A stretch of DNA of 51,595 nt from a bacterium (lineage in GTDB: Bacteria; Patescibacteriota; Minisyncoccia; Moranbacterales; UBA2206), in NCBI GenBank assembly GCA_043725085.1, contig JAYSLY010000046.1:1-51595 (forward strand). The letters are read 5' to 3'. The position numbers and the translations under genes were made by a program. A model generated the notes under the pieces. It was not told the DNA's origin. It made no database searches and saw only the letters and a list, made by a program, of their open reading frames with translations. Of this stretch, positions 34,995 through 44,198 are shown in pieces. Position 1 is the first letter of the stretch, and each line of letters opens with the position of its first letter.

Positions 34995-36670
34995 TGCCAA
35001 TAAAAGACGAAGAGGCTAAAAATAATGGCGACAAGGCTGTGCAGGGAGAGCCGGGAATCAAGCAAAACATCCTCAGGAAAGTGCCGAAAAATATTGCCGG
35101 GGATATCATAAATATAATCCCCAAGGAAGTCGCTAAGAAATATGAAATGATGGCCTTTGGTAAATCCGAAGGGGTGCTTAGTGTGGCCATGATTGATCCG
35201 GAAAATATGCAAGCTTTGAACGCTCTGAATTTTGTCGCAGAAAAAGAAAACGTCAGGATAGAAACTTATGCCGTGTCTCGAGAAAATTTTGACATTTTGT
35301 TTTCTTACTACAATGAAACAAATGAGGCCTTGAAGGACGCGCTGGATTCCTATAAAGACGAAAGGAACGAAACGGATATCTTGGAAAAGAATGAGGATGA
35401 TGGGCAAAAAGAAAGGAAGGAAACAGAGACGCTAAAAGACGCTCCTGTGACTAAATTGGTCGAGGTTGTGATTAGCCACGCCGTGGAGGGAAAGGCTAGC
35501 GATATCCATATCGAACCAATGGATAAGGATTATCGCGTGCGTTTTCGAGTAGATGGAATACTTCATGTTAGTCTCATTTTTCCTCTAGAAATCGGTCCGG
35601 TGGTGATTTCGCGCATCAAGATTATGGCTAATTTGAAGATTGATGAAAAAAGAAAACCACAGGACGGAAGATTTAGGCTTAATTTTAATAAAAAAGACAT
35701 CGACTTTCGCGTTTCCTCTTTGCCGGTTGTCGGCGGAGAGAAAATTGTAATGAGAATTTTGGACAAGGAAGCTGAATCAAACAGTACGGAACTTTTAGGT
35801 TTAGTTGGAAAAGCCAAGGAGGATATCGACCTGGCAATCAAAGAAACTTATGGCATGATTCTTATGACCGGCCCGACCGGTAGCGGAAAATCAACTACCC
35901 TCTACACGCTTTTGAAAATGCTTAATAATGAGGAGCGAAATATTATCACGCTGGAAGACCCTGTTGAATATTACATCGAAGGCATGAACCAAAGTCAAAT
36001 CAAGCCGGAAATTGGCTATACCTTTGCTTCAGGCCTAAGAACGGTTCTGCGTCAAGATCCAAATGTGATTATGGTGGGAGAAATTCGTGACGCAGAAACG
36101 GCAGAGCTGGCTGTCCATGCCGCACTCACAGGCCACTTAATGTTTTCCACCCTGCACACCAACACAGCTATTGGAGCGATTCCTCGGCTTATTGATATGG
36201 GCATTGAACCGTTTCTCTTGTCTTCTGCGTTGCGCATGGTGATTGCGCAAAGACTAGTGCGTCGAATTTGTGTGAAGTGCAAAGAAGAAGTGAAAATTTC
36301 CGATTTTGTCAAAGAACGAGTGCTGGAAAAAGTAAGAAATATTTCGCAAAAAGAATTAGAAAGCTATGGAATAAATCTGGCGAGCGGGGTAAAATTTTAC
36401 CATGGGGCAGGGTGTGATGCGTGTAATGGAACCGGGCTCAAGGGGCGCGTGGCGATCTATGAAGCGGTGCCCGTGACAGATGTGATCAAAAATATTATGA
36501 TTGAAAAAAGGGGGAGCGAGGAATTGATCAAAAAAGAAAGAGATCGGATGGGGGTTGTGACAATTGAGCAAGACGGAGTGCTTAAGATCATTCAAGGACT
36601 TACCACTATCGAAGAAGTTGAGCGAGTGACAGAATGTAATTTTACGACGTTAGTTGAAGAAAACGATTAA
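34994..36670 (+). CDS. pilB: Type IV pilus extension ATPase PilB (GspE/PulE family)
   Basis: ASDIHIEP, PQDGR, GPTGSGKSTT, LEDPVEY, LRQDPNVIMVGEIRD, CxxC..CxxC. Confidence 0.95.
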   Translation: MPIKDEEAKNNGDKAVQGEPGIKQNILRKVPKNIAGDIINIIPKEVAKKYEMMAFGKSEGVLSVAMIDPENMQALNALNFVAEKENVRIETYAVSRENFDILFSYYNETNEALKDALDSYKDERNETDILEKNEDDGQKERKETETLKDAPVTKLVEVVISHAVEGKASDIHIEPMDKDYRVRFRVDGILHVSLIFPLEIGPVVISRIKIMANLKIDEKRKPQDGRFRLNFNKKDIDFRVSSLPVVGGEKIVMRILDKEAESNSTELLGLVGKAKEDIDLAIKETYGMILMTGPTGSGKSTTLYTLLKMLNNEERNIITLEDPVEYYIEGMNQSQIKPEIGYTFASGLRTVLRQDPNVIMVGEIRDAETAELAVHAALTGHLMFSTLHTNTAIGAIPRLIDMGIEPFLLSSALRMVIAQRLVRRICVKCKEEVKISDFVKERVLEKVRNISQKELESYGINLASGVKFYHGAGCDACNGTGLKGRVAIYEAVPVTDVIKNIMIEKRGSEELIKKERDRMGVVTIEQDGVLKIIQGLTTIEEVERVTECNFTTLVEEND

Positions 36671-36703
36671 ACCTAATAAACTAGTTAACTTTGAAATAAT
36701 TTT

Positions 36704-37093
36704 ATGGAAAACAGTAAAAAGAAAATAATGATTATCGAAGACGACTATTTTGTAATGGATATCTATCACACAAAACTGACGCAATCCGGCTTTGATGTAA
36801 TTAGCGCGAGCAATGGATTGGAGGCGATGAAAAAGCTGCAAGAAGAAAAACAGATTCCGGATTTAATTCTATTGGACATTATTATGCCTTATCTTGGAGG
36901 ATTGGAAGTTTTGGAGCAAATCAAAAAAGATGATCAAATAAAAAATATTCCTGTTATTCTTCTTACTAATTTAAGTCAAAAAAGAGAGATTGACAGGGGG
37001 ATGGAGTTGGGAGCCAAGGATTTCTTAATTAAATCGCATTTTACGCCATCCGAGGTTTTGGAGAAAATAAATGCTGTGCTTGAGACGGCCTAA
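36704..37093 (+). CDS. Single-domain response regulator (CheY-like)
   Basis: IIEDD, PDLILLDIIMP, LLTN, FLIK. Confidence 0.93.
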   Translation: MENSKKKIMIIEDDYFVMDIYHTKLTQSGFDVISASNGLEAMKKLQEEKQIPDLILLDIIMPYLGGLEVLEQIKKDDQIKNIPVILLTNLSQKREIDRGMELGAKDFLIKSHFTPSEVLEKINAVLETA

Positions 37094-37099
37094 AAAAAT

Positions 37100-38170
37100 A
37101 TGCTACGCACTGAACAAAAAATAAAAAATCTCCTAAGAATTGCTGCTCAACGCGGGGCGTCAGATCTGCATTTAGTAGTCGGGCGCTATCCCACCTATCG
37201 AATTGATGGGAAACTCTTTCCCCTCAATCAGGACGCGATTATTACTCCGGACATGACGCGTGAAATTTGCGATGTTGTTTTGAAAGAAGAAAAAAAGAAG
37301 CAGTTGGAGAAAGAAGGCCAAGTTGATTTTTCCTATAATTTTGAGGACAAGGTGCGTTTTCGGGTGAATGCTTTTTTTCAGCAAGGCTATACCAGTATCG
37401 CCTTTCGTTTGATTTCCAAAGAAATTAGGACGCTGGAAGAGCTTGGCATGCCGGAGATTCTCTATGATTTCACCAGGGTTTCCCAGGGGTTATTCCTGAT
37501 GGTAGGACCGGTGGGGCATGGAAAATCAACCACACTCGCTGCGATGATCAATGAGATTAATCTAAATCAAGAAAAGCATATTTTGACAATTGAAGATCCG
37601 ATCGAATATATCTATGAGCAAGATCGCTCAATTATTAACCAAAGAGAGGTCTATCAAGACACGGATTCTTTTCAGGCAGCACTTAAGGGACTTTTTCGTG
37701 AAGATGCCAATGTGGTGCTTATTGGAGAACTTCGCGATTTGGACACGATTTCTGCTGCCATGACTGCTGCGGAAACAGGACATTTGATTTTTGGTACGCT
37801 GCATACAAACGATGCTCCGCAAACGATTGATCGTATCGTGGACGTTTTTCCCGCTCATCAGCAAAACCAAGTGCGCGCGCAACTCGCGAGTGTGCTTTTG
37901 GCAGTAGTGTCGCAACGACTCATTCCCAAGGTAGATAGTGGCAGAGTCCCGGCGGTGGAAATTATGATTAAAAATCATGCAGTGGAGAATTTGATTCGGG
38001 AAAATAAGAGTTATCAGATTGGCAATGTGATTGAAACAAGTTCGCAAGAGGGAATGGTAACGATGGACAGATCTCTCGTGGATTTAGTCAGGCGCGGTCT
38101 TGTCTCCTATGAAATTGCCGCGTCCTATTCCCGTGATGCCAAAAATTTTGAAACTCTTTTGAAATTTTAA
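37100..38170 (+). CDS. pilT: Pilus retraction ATPase PilT
   Basis: ASDLHL, RFRVN, GPVGHGKSTT, EDPIEY, QREV, AETGHL, AVENLIRE. Confidence 0.95.
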   Translation: MLRTEQKIKNLLRIAAQRGASDLHLVVGRYPTYRIDGKLFPLNQDAIITPDMTREICDVVLKEEKKKQLEKEGQVDFSYNFEDKVRFRVNAFFQQGYTSIAFRLISKEIRTLEELGMPEILYDFTRVSQGLFLMVGPVGHGKSTTLAAMINEINLNQEKHILTIEDPIEYIYEQDRSIINQREVYQDTDSFQAALKGLFREDANVVLIGELRDLDTISAAMTAAETGHLIFGTLHTNDAPQTIDRIVDVFPAHQQNQVRAQLASVLLAVVSQRLIPKVDSGRVPAVEIMIKNHAVENLIRENKSYQIGNVIETSSQEGMVTMDRSLVDLVRRGLVSYEIAASYSRDAKNFETLLKF

Positions 38171-38293
38171 TTTTCAATTTTCCAAAATTAGTAGTATAAT
38201 AAATTTATCTTCCACAGCTTTTTTCGTTTACATGAAACGCGTTAGCAAAAAAAGTCAAACGAAATCTAGCTTAGTGTTGTGAAATATAGTTTT

Positions 38294-38344
38294 TAGAATT
38301 AAAATAAAACCTCCTAAGCGAAAAAAGTGGCGGGGGATAAAAAT
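38294..38344 (+). promoter_or_regulatory. Promoter + leader motif shared with pilN (33600-33669)
   Basis: TAGAAT-11nt-CTCCT...AAAAAAG..GCGGGGGATAAA before ATG 38345. Confidence 0.6.
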
Positions 38345-39553
38345 ATGAAATTCAAGTTTAAGGCTAAAACAAAAACAGGAGAAATCAATACAGGCGTGGT
38401 CAGCGCCGCTAATCGAGACTTGGCTGCGGCTATCTTGCAAAAAAATGAACTCTTTCCAATACATATTGAGGAAGAAGATGAGGGCTTGGCGAAAAAGATA
38501 TTTGCCAAATATTATGATCGAGTGACTGACAAGGAATTGGTGGTTTTTTTCCGTCAATTAGCGATTCTTATTGAAGCGAAGGTGCCGATTGTTGTGGCTT
38601 TGACCGCGATTGGCGAGCAGACAAGCGGGAGCTTCCTTAAGATTATTTTAGCGGAAGCAATTCGGGATATTGAAGATGGTGTGACTCTATCTGATGCGCT
38701 GGGAAAGCATAGGGAAACATTTTCCACGCTATCAATTAATATTATTAGGGCTGGGGAAGCGTCCGGTAATTTGAAAAAATCTGTTGAATATGTGGCGGAT
38801 AATATTGAAAGAAATTACAATCTGACCAGCAAGGTCAAATCTGCCATGATGTATCCGGCCATTGTACTTTTGGTTTTTTTTGTGATTGCCTTTTTGGTTA
38901 TCACAATAATTATTCCAAAACTCACCGTGATGATCAAAGATCTGGGAGCAAATGTGCCTTGGTATACTAAATTACTCATTACGTCCGGGGATTTTATGGG
39001 TGCATATTGGTGGGCGGTGCTTGTGGTTATTTTTGGCGCTTTTGGCGGTGTGGCCTATTATCTCAATACATTTGAGGGGAAAAAAGAATGGGATCAAATC
39101 AAATTGAAATTGCCTGTTATTGGGACGATGTTTCGTTATGTCTATATCTCACGATTTTCGGAAAATTTGGCAGTACTTCTCGCCGGAGGCATCCCGATTA
39201 TTAAGGCCATCACAATCGTAAGCGCCGTGATTGGCAACACCAGCTATGAAGAGTTGCTTTTGCGCACAGCAGAAAATGTCAAAAGAGGAGAGAATATGAG
39301 TGATGTCCTAAGCCGCAGTCCACTCATTCCGCCAATGGTTTCACAGATGATTAAGATTGGCGAAGATTCGGGACAGATTGATTCAGTGTTGGGGCACATT
39401 ACCAAGTTTTACACGCAAGAGGTGGAATTGATGGCGAAAAATATGTCCACATTAATTGAGCCAATATTGATGATTATTATTGGAATCGGGGTGGGATTTA
39501 TGGCAGTTGGAGTGCTAATGCCGATCTATAATATTGCAGGGCAGATTCAATAG
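38345..39553 (+). CDS. pilC: PilC (second copy)
   Basis: FFRQLAILIEA, GEASG.L, AMMYP, GEDSG, LIEP...MPIY. ATG 38345; ORF-track start is 38327. Confidence 0.95.
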   Translation: MKFKFKAKTKTGEINTGVVSAANRDLAAAILQKNELFPIHIEEEDEGLAKKIFAKYYDRVTDKELVVFFRQLAILIEAKVPIVVALTAIGEQTSGSFLKIILAEAIRDIEDGVTLSDALGKHRETFSTLSINIIRAGEASGNLKKSVEYVADNIERNYNLTSKVKSAMMYPAIVLLVFFVIAFLVITIIIPKLTVMIKDLGANVPWYTKLLITSGDFMGAYWWAVLVVIFGAFGGVAYYLNTFEGKKEWDQIKLKLPVIGTMFRYVYISRFSENLAVLLAGGIPIIKAITIVSAVIGNTSYEELLLRTAENVKRGENMSDVLSRSPLIPPMVSQMIKIGEDSGQIDSVLGHITKFYTQEVELMAKNMSTLIEPILMIIIGIGVGFMAVGVLMPIYNIAGQIQ

Positions 39554-39665
39554 AATTTTTAATATTAACCAGTTTTTGAGATAGGAGAGAATAGAAATAA
39601 AAAATTAAGAACCCCGCAAATTCTCCAAAACGGTTGTGGGTAAAGCTAGGAAGGCAGGTGTATAA

Positions 39666-40058
39666 ATGAAAACAAAAAACAACAAAGTTATGACTAATGG
39701 CAGACAGGGTTTCACTTTAATCGAACTTTTGATTGTAATCGCGATCATTGGAATTTTAGCCTCGATTGTTTTGGTCAGTCTTTCTTCGGCAAGGCAAAGA
39801 GCGAGAATGGCAGAATTTAAATCAATATCTGCTAGTATGAATAGCGCACTGATAGCAGAATGCGACAAGGAAGCTAGCGCTGTTCCATCTGCTATCTTGT
39901 GGACAAATGCCGTGGTTGGTGGTATTAATAATGCTTTAGCGTGTGATGGAATTGGGGGAATATCAGGAGGAACGGCAGTTTCGGATGCGACTTCCACAGG
40001 AAGTGTTTGCACTGCCACTTTCGGTCAAACGGGCGTCGTATTCTCCGGTAACTGCTAG
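39666..40058 (+). CDS. Type IV major pilin-like protein 1
   Basis: G|[17 protein letters not shown]; four Cys. Confidence 0.93.
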   Translation: MKTKNNKVMTNGRQGFTLIELLIVIAIIGILASIVLVSLSSARQRARMAEFKSISASMNSALIAECDKEASAVPSAILWTNAVVGGINNALACDGIGGISGGTAVSDATSTGSVCTATFGQTGVVFSGNC

Positions 40059-40133
40059 TAATGCTTTTAATTTTGAGATAAAAGATTGATTTAAGATAAT
40101 AAAAATTATAATAATAGAAAGGAAGGTGAAAAA

Positions 40134-40508
40134 ATGAAAACAAACAAAAAAGGTTTTACTTTAATCGAACTTTTGATTGTAATCGCGATCATTGGAATTT
40201 TAGCCTCGATTGTTTTGGTCAGTCTTTCTTCGGCAAGACAAAGAGCGAGAATGGCGGAGTTTAAATCTGTTGCAGCAAGCGTTCAAGCAGCGGCAGTTGC
40301 TGCTTGTGATTCTGTTGTTGGTACTGGAGCGTCTGGTGTTGTTTGGACATCAAGTACGACGGGCAGTCTTACTACAGTCGTATCTTGCACGAATGGCGAA
40401 ATAACAGCTGGACAAGCTACTTCAGCGTCAACTGTTACGGGAACGACATGTGTTTATACGATTGGGCAAACTGGACTTGTGCAAACTTCAGCAGCTGGAA
40501 CATGTTAA
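40134..40508 (+). CDS. Type IV major pilin-like protein 2
   Basis: G|[17 protein letters not shown]; SD-like GGAAGGTG; four Cys. Confidence 0.94.
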   Translation: MKTNKKGFTLIELLIVIAIIGILASIVLVSLSSARQRARMAEFKSVAASVQAAAVAACDSVVGTGASGVVWTSSTTGSLTTVVSCTNGEITAGQATSASTVTGTTCVYTIGQTGLVQTSAAGTC

Positions 40509-40684
40509 TTTTTTATTTGCCAATTAGCGTACGCCTTGGTAAGTGAAGTAAAAAAAATCGAGGACGATCCTCGACCAAGATTTACGAAAAAGAAACAAGC
40601 TAAAACTTGTTTCTTTTTTTGTTGCTTTACTTTTTTTATGCTATAATTAGTCCAGTAAAAGTTTAACCAAGAAAACAAAAATCT

Positions 40685-41470
40685 ATGTTGGCAATCTTTT
40701 TTCTTTTCGGTCTTATTATTGGGAGCTTCTTGAATGTCGTGGTCTATCGCATTCGCACGGCGGAGACGGTTTTGGGGCGTTCGCATTGTCGCCATTGCAA
40801 AAAAACCATTCGCTGGTATGACAACATTCCTCTTCTCAGTTTTATTCTTCTCAAGTTCAAATGCCGCGAATGCGGAGAAAAAATTTCTTGGCAATATCCG
40901 ATCGTGGAATTTTTGACTGGCGTTGTGTTCGCACTCATCGCGGGTCAATATTTTGCCTTGGAGGATGTTTCCACTTGGGCTTCCACAGCCGTTGTGCTTA
41001 TTTTGTCGAGCGCGCTGATTGTTATTTTTGTCTATGATGTGCTCTATATGGAAATTCCCAGCTTGGTGCTTTGGCCGGCGGTCGCCTTGGCTTTTGGCTA
41101 TAACTTTTTCCTCGATTGGGGGAACCCCATTTTGGATATTTGGGAAAGAGCGCTTGTTTCAGGACTCTTGGCGGGCGGTGGTGCATTTTTGTTTTTTTTC
41201 GCCCTGTCTTTTCTTTCGCGTGAAAAATGGATGGGGATGGGGGATGCCTATCTGGTGATTCTGCTTGGGTTGATTTTAGGTTGGCCAAAAATTTTTCTGG
41301 CACTTTTTCTGGCTTTTGCGATCGGAGCGATTTATGGTATAATTCTTATAGCGTTCAAGAAGAAAAAAATGAAAAGCCAGCTGCCATTCGCGCCATTTCT
41401 GATTGTCGGAACTTTTCTAGCTCTTTTCTATTACGCCCCCATCACTAACTGGTATTTTGGCTTATTTTAA
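40685..41470 (+). CDS. pilD: Prepilin peptidase PilD
   Basis: GSFLNVV.YR, RSHC..C, DNIP..SF, CREC, MGMGD, PFAPF. Confidence 0.96.
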   Translation: MLAIFFLFGLIIGSFLNVVVYRIRTAETVLGRSHCRHCKKTIRWYDNIPLLSFILLKFKCRECGEKISWQYPIVEFLTGVVFALIAGQYFALEDVSTWASTAVVLILSSALIVIFVYDVLYMEIPSLVLWPAVALAFGYNFFLDWGNPILDIWERALVSGLLAGGGAFLFFFALSFLSREKWMGMGDAYLVILLGLILGWPKIFLALFLAFAIGAIYGIILIAFKKKKMKSQLPFAPFLIVGTFLALFYYAPITNWYFGLF

Positions 41471-41482
41471 ACTTTTTGTCGT

Positions 41483-41929
41483 ATGCGCGAGAATTTATTT
41501 TTGAACAAAAAAAACAAGACCACAAAAAATAATAGAAAAGGATTTTCGTTGGTAGAAGTAATGTCGGTCATTGCTATTATCGGGATAGTATCTGTTATTT
41601 CTTGGGAGATGCTTGGAGGAGCTAAGAAAACCTCAGATGTTACTAATGCTTGCGAGCAAGTCGCTTCGATGATCAATAAGACTCGTGGCTATGCTTTGTC
41701 AGGAAGGACGGCGACGGCTACTGTGAGAATAATAAATAACAATACCGTTACCATAAATAGTCCCGCCGAAAGTTTTACTATTCCCGGGGGCGTTACTTGT
41801 ACAAATGCAACTTTCACATATGCCGCTCCTAATGCTGTTGGAGGTAGTGGGACAGTTACTTGCACTGCCAACGGAGGGAGCGCATCAAGGACTATCGATG
41901 TCTCACCGCTCAGGGCAGCTTGCCTATAG
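41483..41929 (+). CDS. Minor pilin (FimT-like)
   Basis: G|FSLVEVM class III signal peptide. Confidence 0.85.
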   Translation: MRENLFLNKKNKTTKNNRKGFSLVEVMSVIAIIGIVSVISWEMLGGAKKTSDVTNACEQVASMINKTRGYALSGRTATATVRIINNNTVTINSPAESFTIPGGVTCTNATFTYAAPNAVGGSGTVTCTANGGSASRTIDVSPLRAACL

Positions 41930-41954
41930 TTTTCACATAAGATAAAAATCTAAA

Positions 41955-42542
41955 ATGCGGAAAAAACTTTTTAAAAATAAAAAAAAACAAAATGAGCGGG
42001 CCCGCCTGCCCGCCTGCAACGATAGCATTTCGGGCAGACATTGCTATGCGAAGCATTGCGGGCAGGGTTTTATGATGATAGAAGCAGTTTTTTCTATTTT
42101 CATTGTGGGAGTTATTTTGATAACCTTTTTGACTGTGATGGGAAGTGTTTACCGTACGGAATTTGCTAAGCGCGACTTAGTTATTGCGTCGAATTTGGCG
42201 CAAGAGGGGATTGAAATTGTAAGAAATATTCGGGATAATAATTGGAAAGCGAGTCCGGTAAAATTGGCCTTTGCTTCGCCTTTCCCCGCAGACGGCAATG
42301 GTTATTGTGTTGCTTATAATGGCAACTATAGCGCTGCTTCGCCGACAACATGTGGCGGAAGTCTGCTAAAGAATAATAATGGTTTCTATGAGCATGGATC
42401 GGGAACAGCCACAAAATTTTCTCGGAGAATTAATATTGGCACCAATCCAGACGGGTCTAAGCTAATTACAAGTACGGTAACCTGGGATAGCAAAACAATA
42501 ACCATGACTGATTCTCTATATGCCTGGGGAGATGTGAATTAA
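41955..42542 (+). CDS. Minor pilin (PilV-like) with a palindrome-expanded leader
   Basis: G|FMMIE; ASNLAQEGIEIVRNIRD; F.R.I.I...V.W. Confidence 0.85.
   Translation: MRKKLFKNKKKQNERARLPACNDSISGRHCYAKHCGQGFMMIEAVFSIFIVGVILITFLTVMGSVYRTEFAKRDLVIASNLAQEGIEIVRNIRDNNWKASPVKLAFASPFPADGNGYCVAYNGNYSAASPTTCGGSLLKNNNGFYEHGSGTATKFSRRINIGTNPDGSKLITSTVTWDSKTITMTDSLYAWGDVN
42005..42066. repeat. CCTGCCCGC...GCGGGCAGG nested palindrome in a prepilin leader
   Basis: Perfect 9-bp arms at 42005-42013 and 42058-42066 with an internal partial duplicate. Confidence 0.8.
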
Positions 42543-42548
42543 AAACAA

Positions 42549-43040
42549 ATGGAAAACAAATGGAAAAAAAATAGGCAAGGACTAACTTTGATAGAGACCG
42601 TGGTAGCTATCTCTATTTTGAGTATCGTGATTTTAGCAAGCACAGCGGTTTCCTCCACCTATCTTAGGAGTCGCGTTAGCATCAAAAAGTATCAGGCCAA
42701 TAATGAAGAATTGTCTCTAGCTTTGAATTATTTGGCGAAAGATATTAGGATGAGCGGGGGTAATCCGGGCGCTTCTTCTGATACGATTACTCTTACAAAC
42801 AATATTTCAGGCAAATCCGTCGTGTATACTTTTAATAATGGAAACAAAACTCTAACAAGAAATGAAAATGGTGCCGGAGATGTTGTGGTCGCGGGTAACG
42901 TTTCCGGGGCTTTTTTTGTGGCGAATGCAGCCCTGACTTCAATTCCCAGAGTTACAATTAGAATTCAAAAACAGGGTACTCCGGAAATGACAGTGCAGAC
43001 AACTGTTTCAATGCGTACTAACTATAAAGATCAATCATAA
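42549..43040 (+). CDS. Minor pilin (PilW-like)
   Basis: G|LTLIE; KDIR; QTTVS.R. Confidence 0.85.
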   Translation: MENKWKKNRQGLTLIETVVAISILSIVILASTAVSSTYLRSRVSIKKYQANNEELSLALNYLAKDIRMSGGNPGASSDTITLTNNISGKSVVYTFNNGNKTLTRNENGAGDVVVAGNVSGAFFVANAALTSIPRVTIRIQKQGTPEMTVQTTVSMRTNYKDQS

Positions 43041-43056
43041 TTAGCCAAGGATAAAA

Positions 43057-44094
43057 ATGATTTACGAAAACGGCAAAAAAAAGAAAAAAGACCGAGGCTC
43101 AATTCTGATTGGAGTGATTATTGTTTTTATTCTAATTTCCTCGATCGCTATTGCTATTATCAACCGTTCCAAGCATGGCGCGCTGCTAACAACGGATTCC
43201 AGAAAAGGTTATAGCGCCTATCAAGCATCAGACAGTAATGTTGAGCAGATTCTCAATAATATCAAAAAGCTGGATAATGATAATAGCGGAGCTATTCCTG
43301 AAAACACAAGCGCTTCCAGTGTTTGCGGGGATCAATGTTACGCGTCCGATAAATCAGTGCTGAGTTCTTCCAATCGGGTGTCTGAGATTTTTTCTGTCAA
43401 GAAAAGCGGACAAGTTCAATCGGCTACGCGAGCAGTACTTGTCCCCATATTAGATCGAGTGGTGAATCCGGTTAGTAATCTCGCGGTTGCGGGTGATTCT
43501 CCTAATCGCTGTGATGCTAAATTAACCTGGACTTCTGATAATAGTTTGACTGGTAAGATTTCAAATCTTGAAGTTAGAAAAAATCTAAACAGCAATCAGT
43601 TATCCTCTGATGGCTGGGTGTCGCTTTCATCAAGTAGTTCAAATGTTGCTTATGGATCAGTGAACGCCTCAATAAAGAATGCCGAGTTTACCTATGGTAA
43701 AACATATAGTTTTTCTCTAAAGGCTAAAAATAGCAACCCACTCACACTCGATTCACTTTATTATGCCAGCCCCGTGTCCTTTGCCGCTCCCGGCGGTCCT
43801 GCCTGTGCGCCGGAAGTTGGCCAATCTGTCGCGTTGGGTTGTCTTTCATATCCGGCTCAAAGTGCGACAAGGCCAAGTCATTATTCTTGTTGCGAGGGAA
43901 CGGAGTGCTATGTTTGCAATAATGGATGGAAAGCGGATATTAACGGTGGTTTGCAATGTTGTACCCAAACATGTCCTTCTTCACCACCGCCTTGCAGTTG
44001 TTCGGAATGCGGAACGCCTGTGTATACGTGTACTGAGAATAAATGTTCTGGCAAGGCGGAGAATTGCGATACAAGCGGTTGCCACCCATGTTAA
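43057..44094 (+). CDS. PilX-like pilin with an FN3-like domain and a Cys-rich tail
   Basis: RG|SIL without E5; SAYQASDS; YSFSLKAKN; Cys-rich C-terminus. Confidence 0.75.
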   Translation: MIYENGKKKKKDRGSILIGVIIVFILISSIAIAIINRSKHGALLTTDSRKGYSAYQASDSNVEQILNNIKKLDNDNSGAIPENTSASSVCGDQCYASDKSVLSSSNRVSEIFSVKKSGQVQSATRAVLVPILDRVVNPVSNLAVAGDSPNRCDAKLTWTSDNSLTGKISNLEVRKNLNSNQLSSDGWVSLSSSSSNVAYGSVNASIKNAEFTYGKTYSFSLKAKNSNPLTLDSLYYASPVSFAAPGGPACAPEVGQSVALGCLSYPAQSATRPSHYSCCEGTECYVCNNGWKADINGGLQCCTQTCPSSPPPCSCSECGTPVYTCTENKCSGKAENCDTSGCHPC

Positions 44095-44198
44095 CGAGGT
44101 GCTTACTCAGCTTTGTTTCTAGCATTAGTATCCGATTTAGCGTATTTCTGATCGTTGTTATCCATCACCAAGCAAGCGGTTAATTTTTGAAGGAATCC

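Noticed and set aside
39609-39660. Possible c-di-GMP-I riboswitch upstream of the major pilin (GCAAA...GTAAAGC)
   Set aside because: Only a simple hairpin is evident; I cannot find the GNRA tetraloop/receptor and P1 pairing. An Rfam search would settle it.
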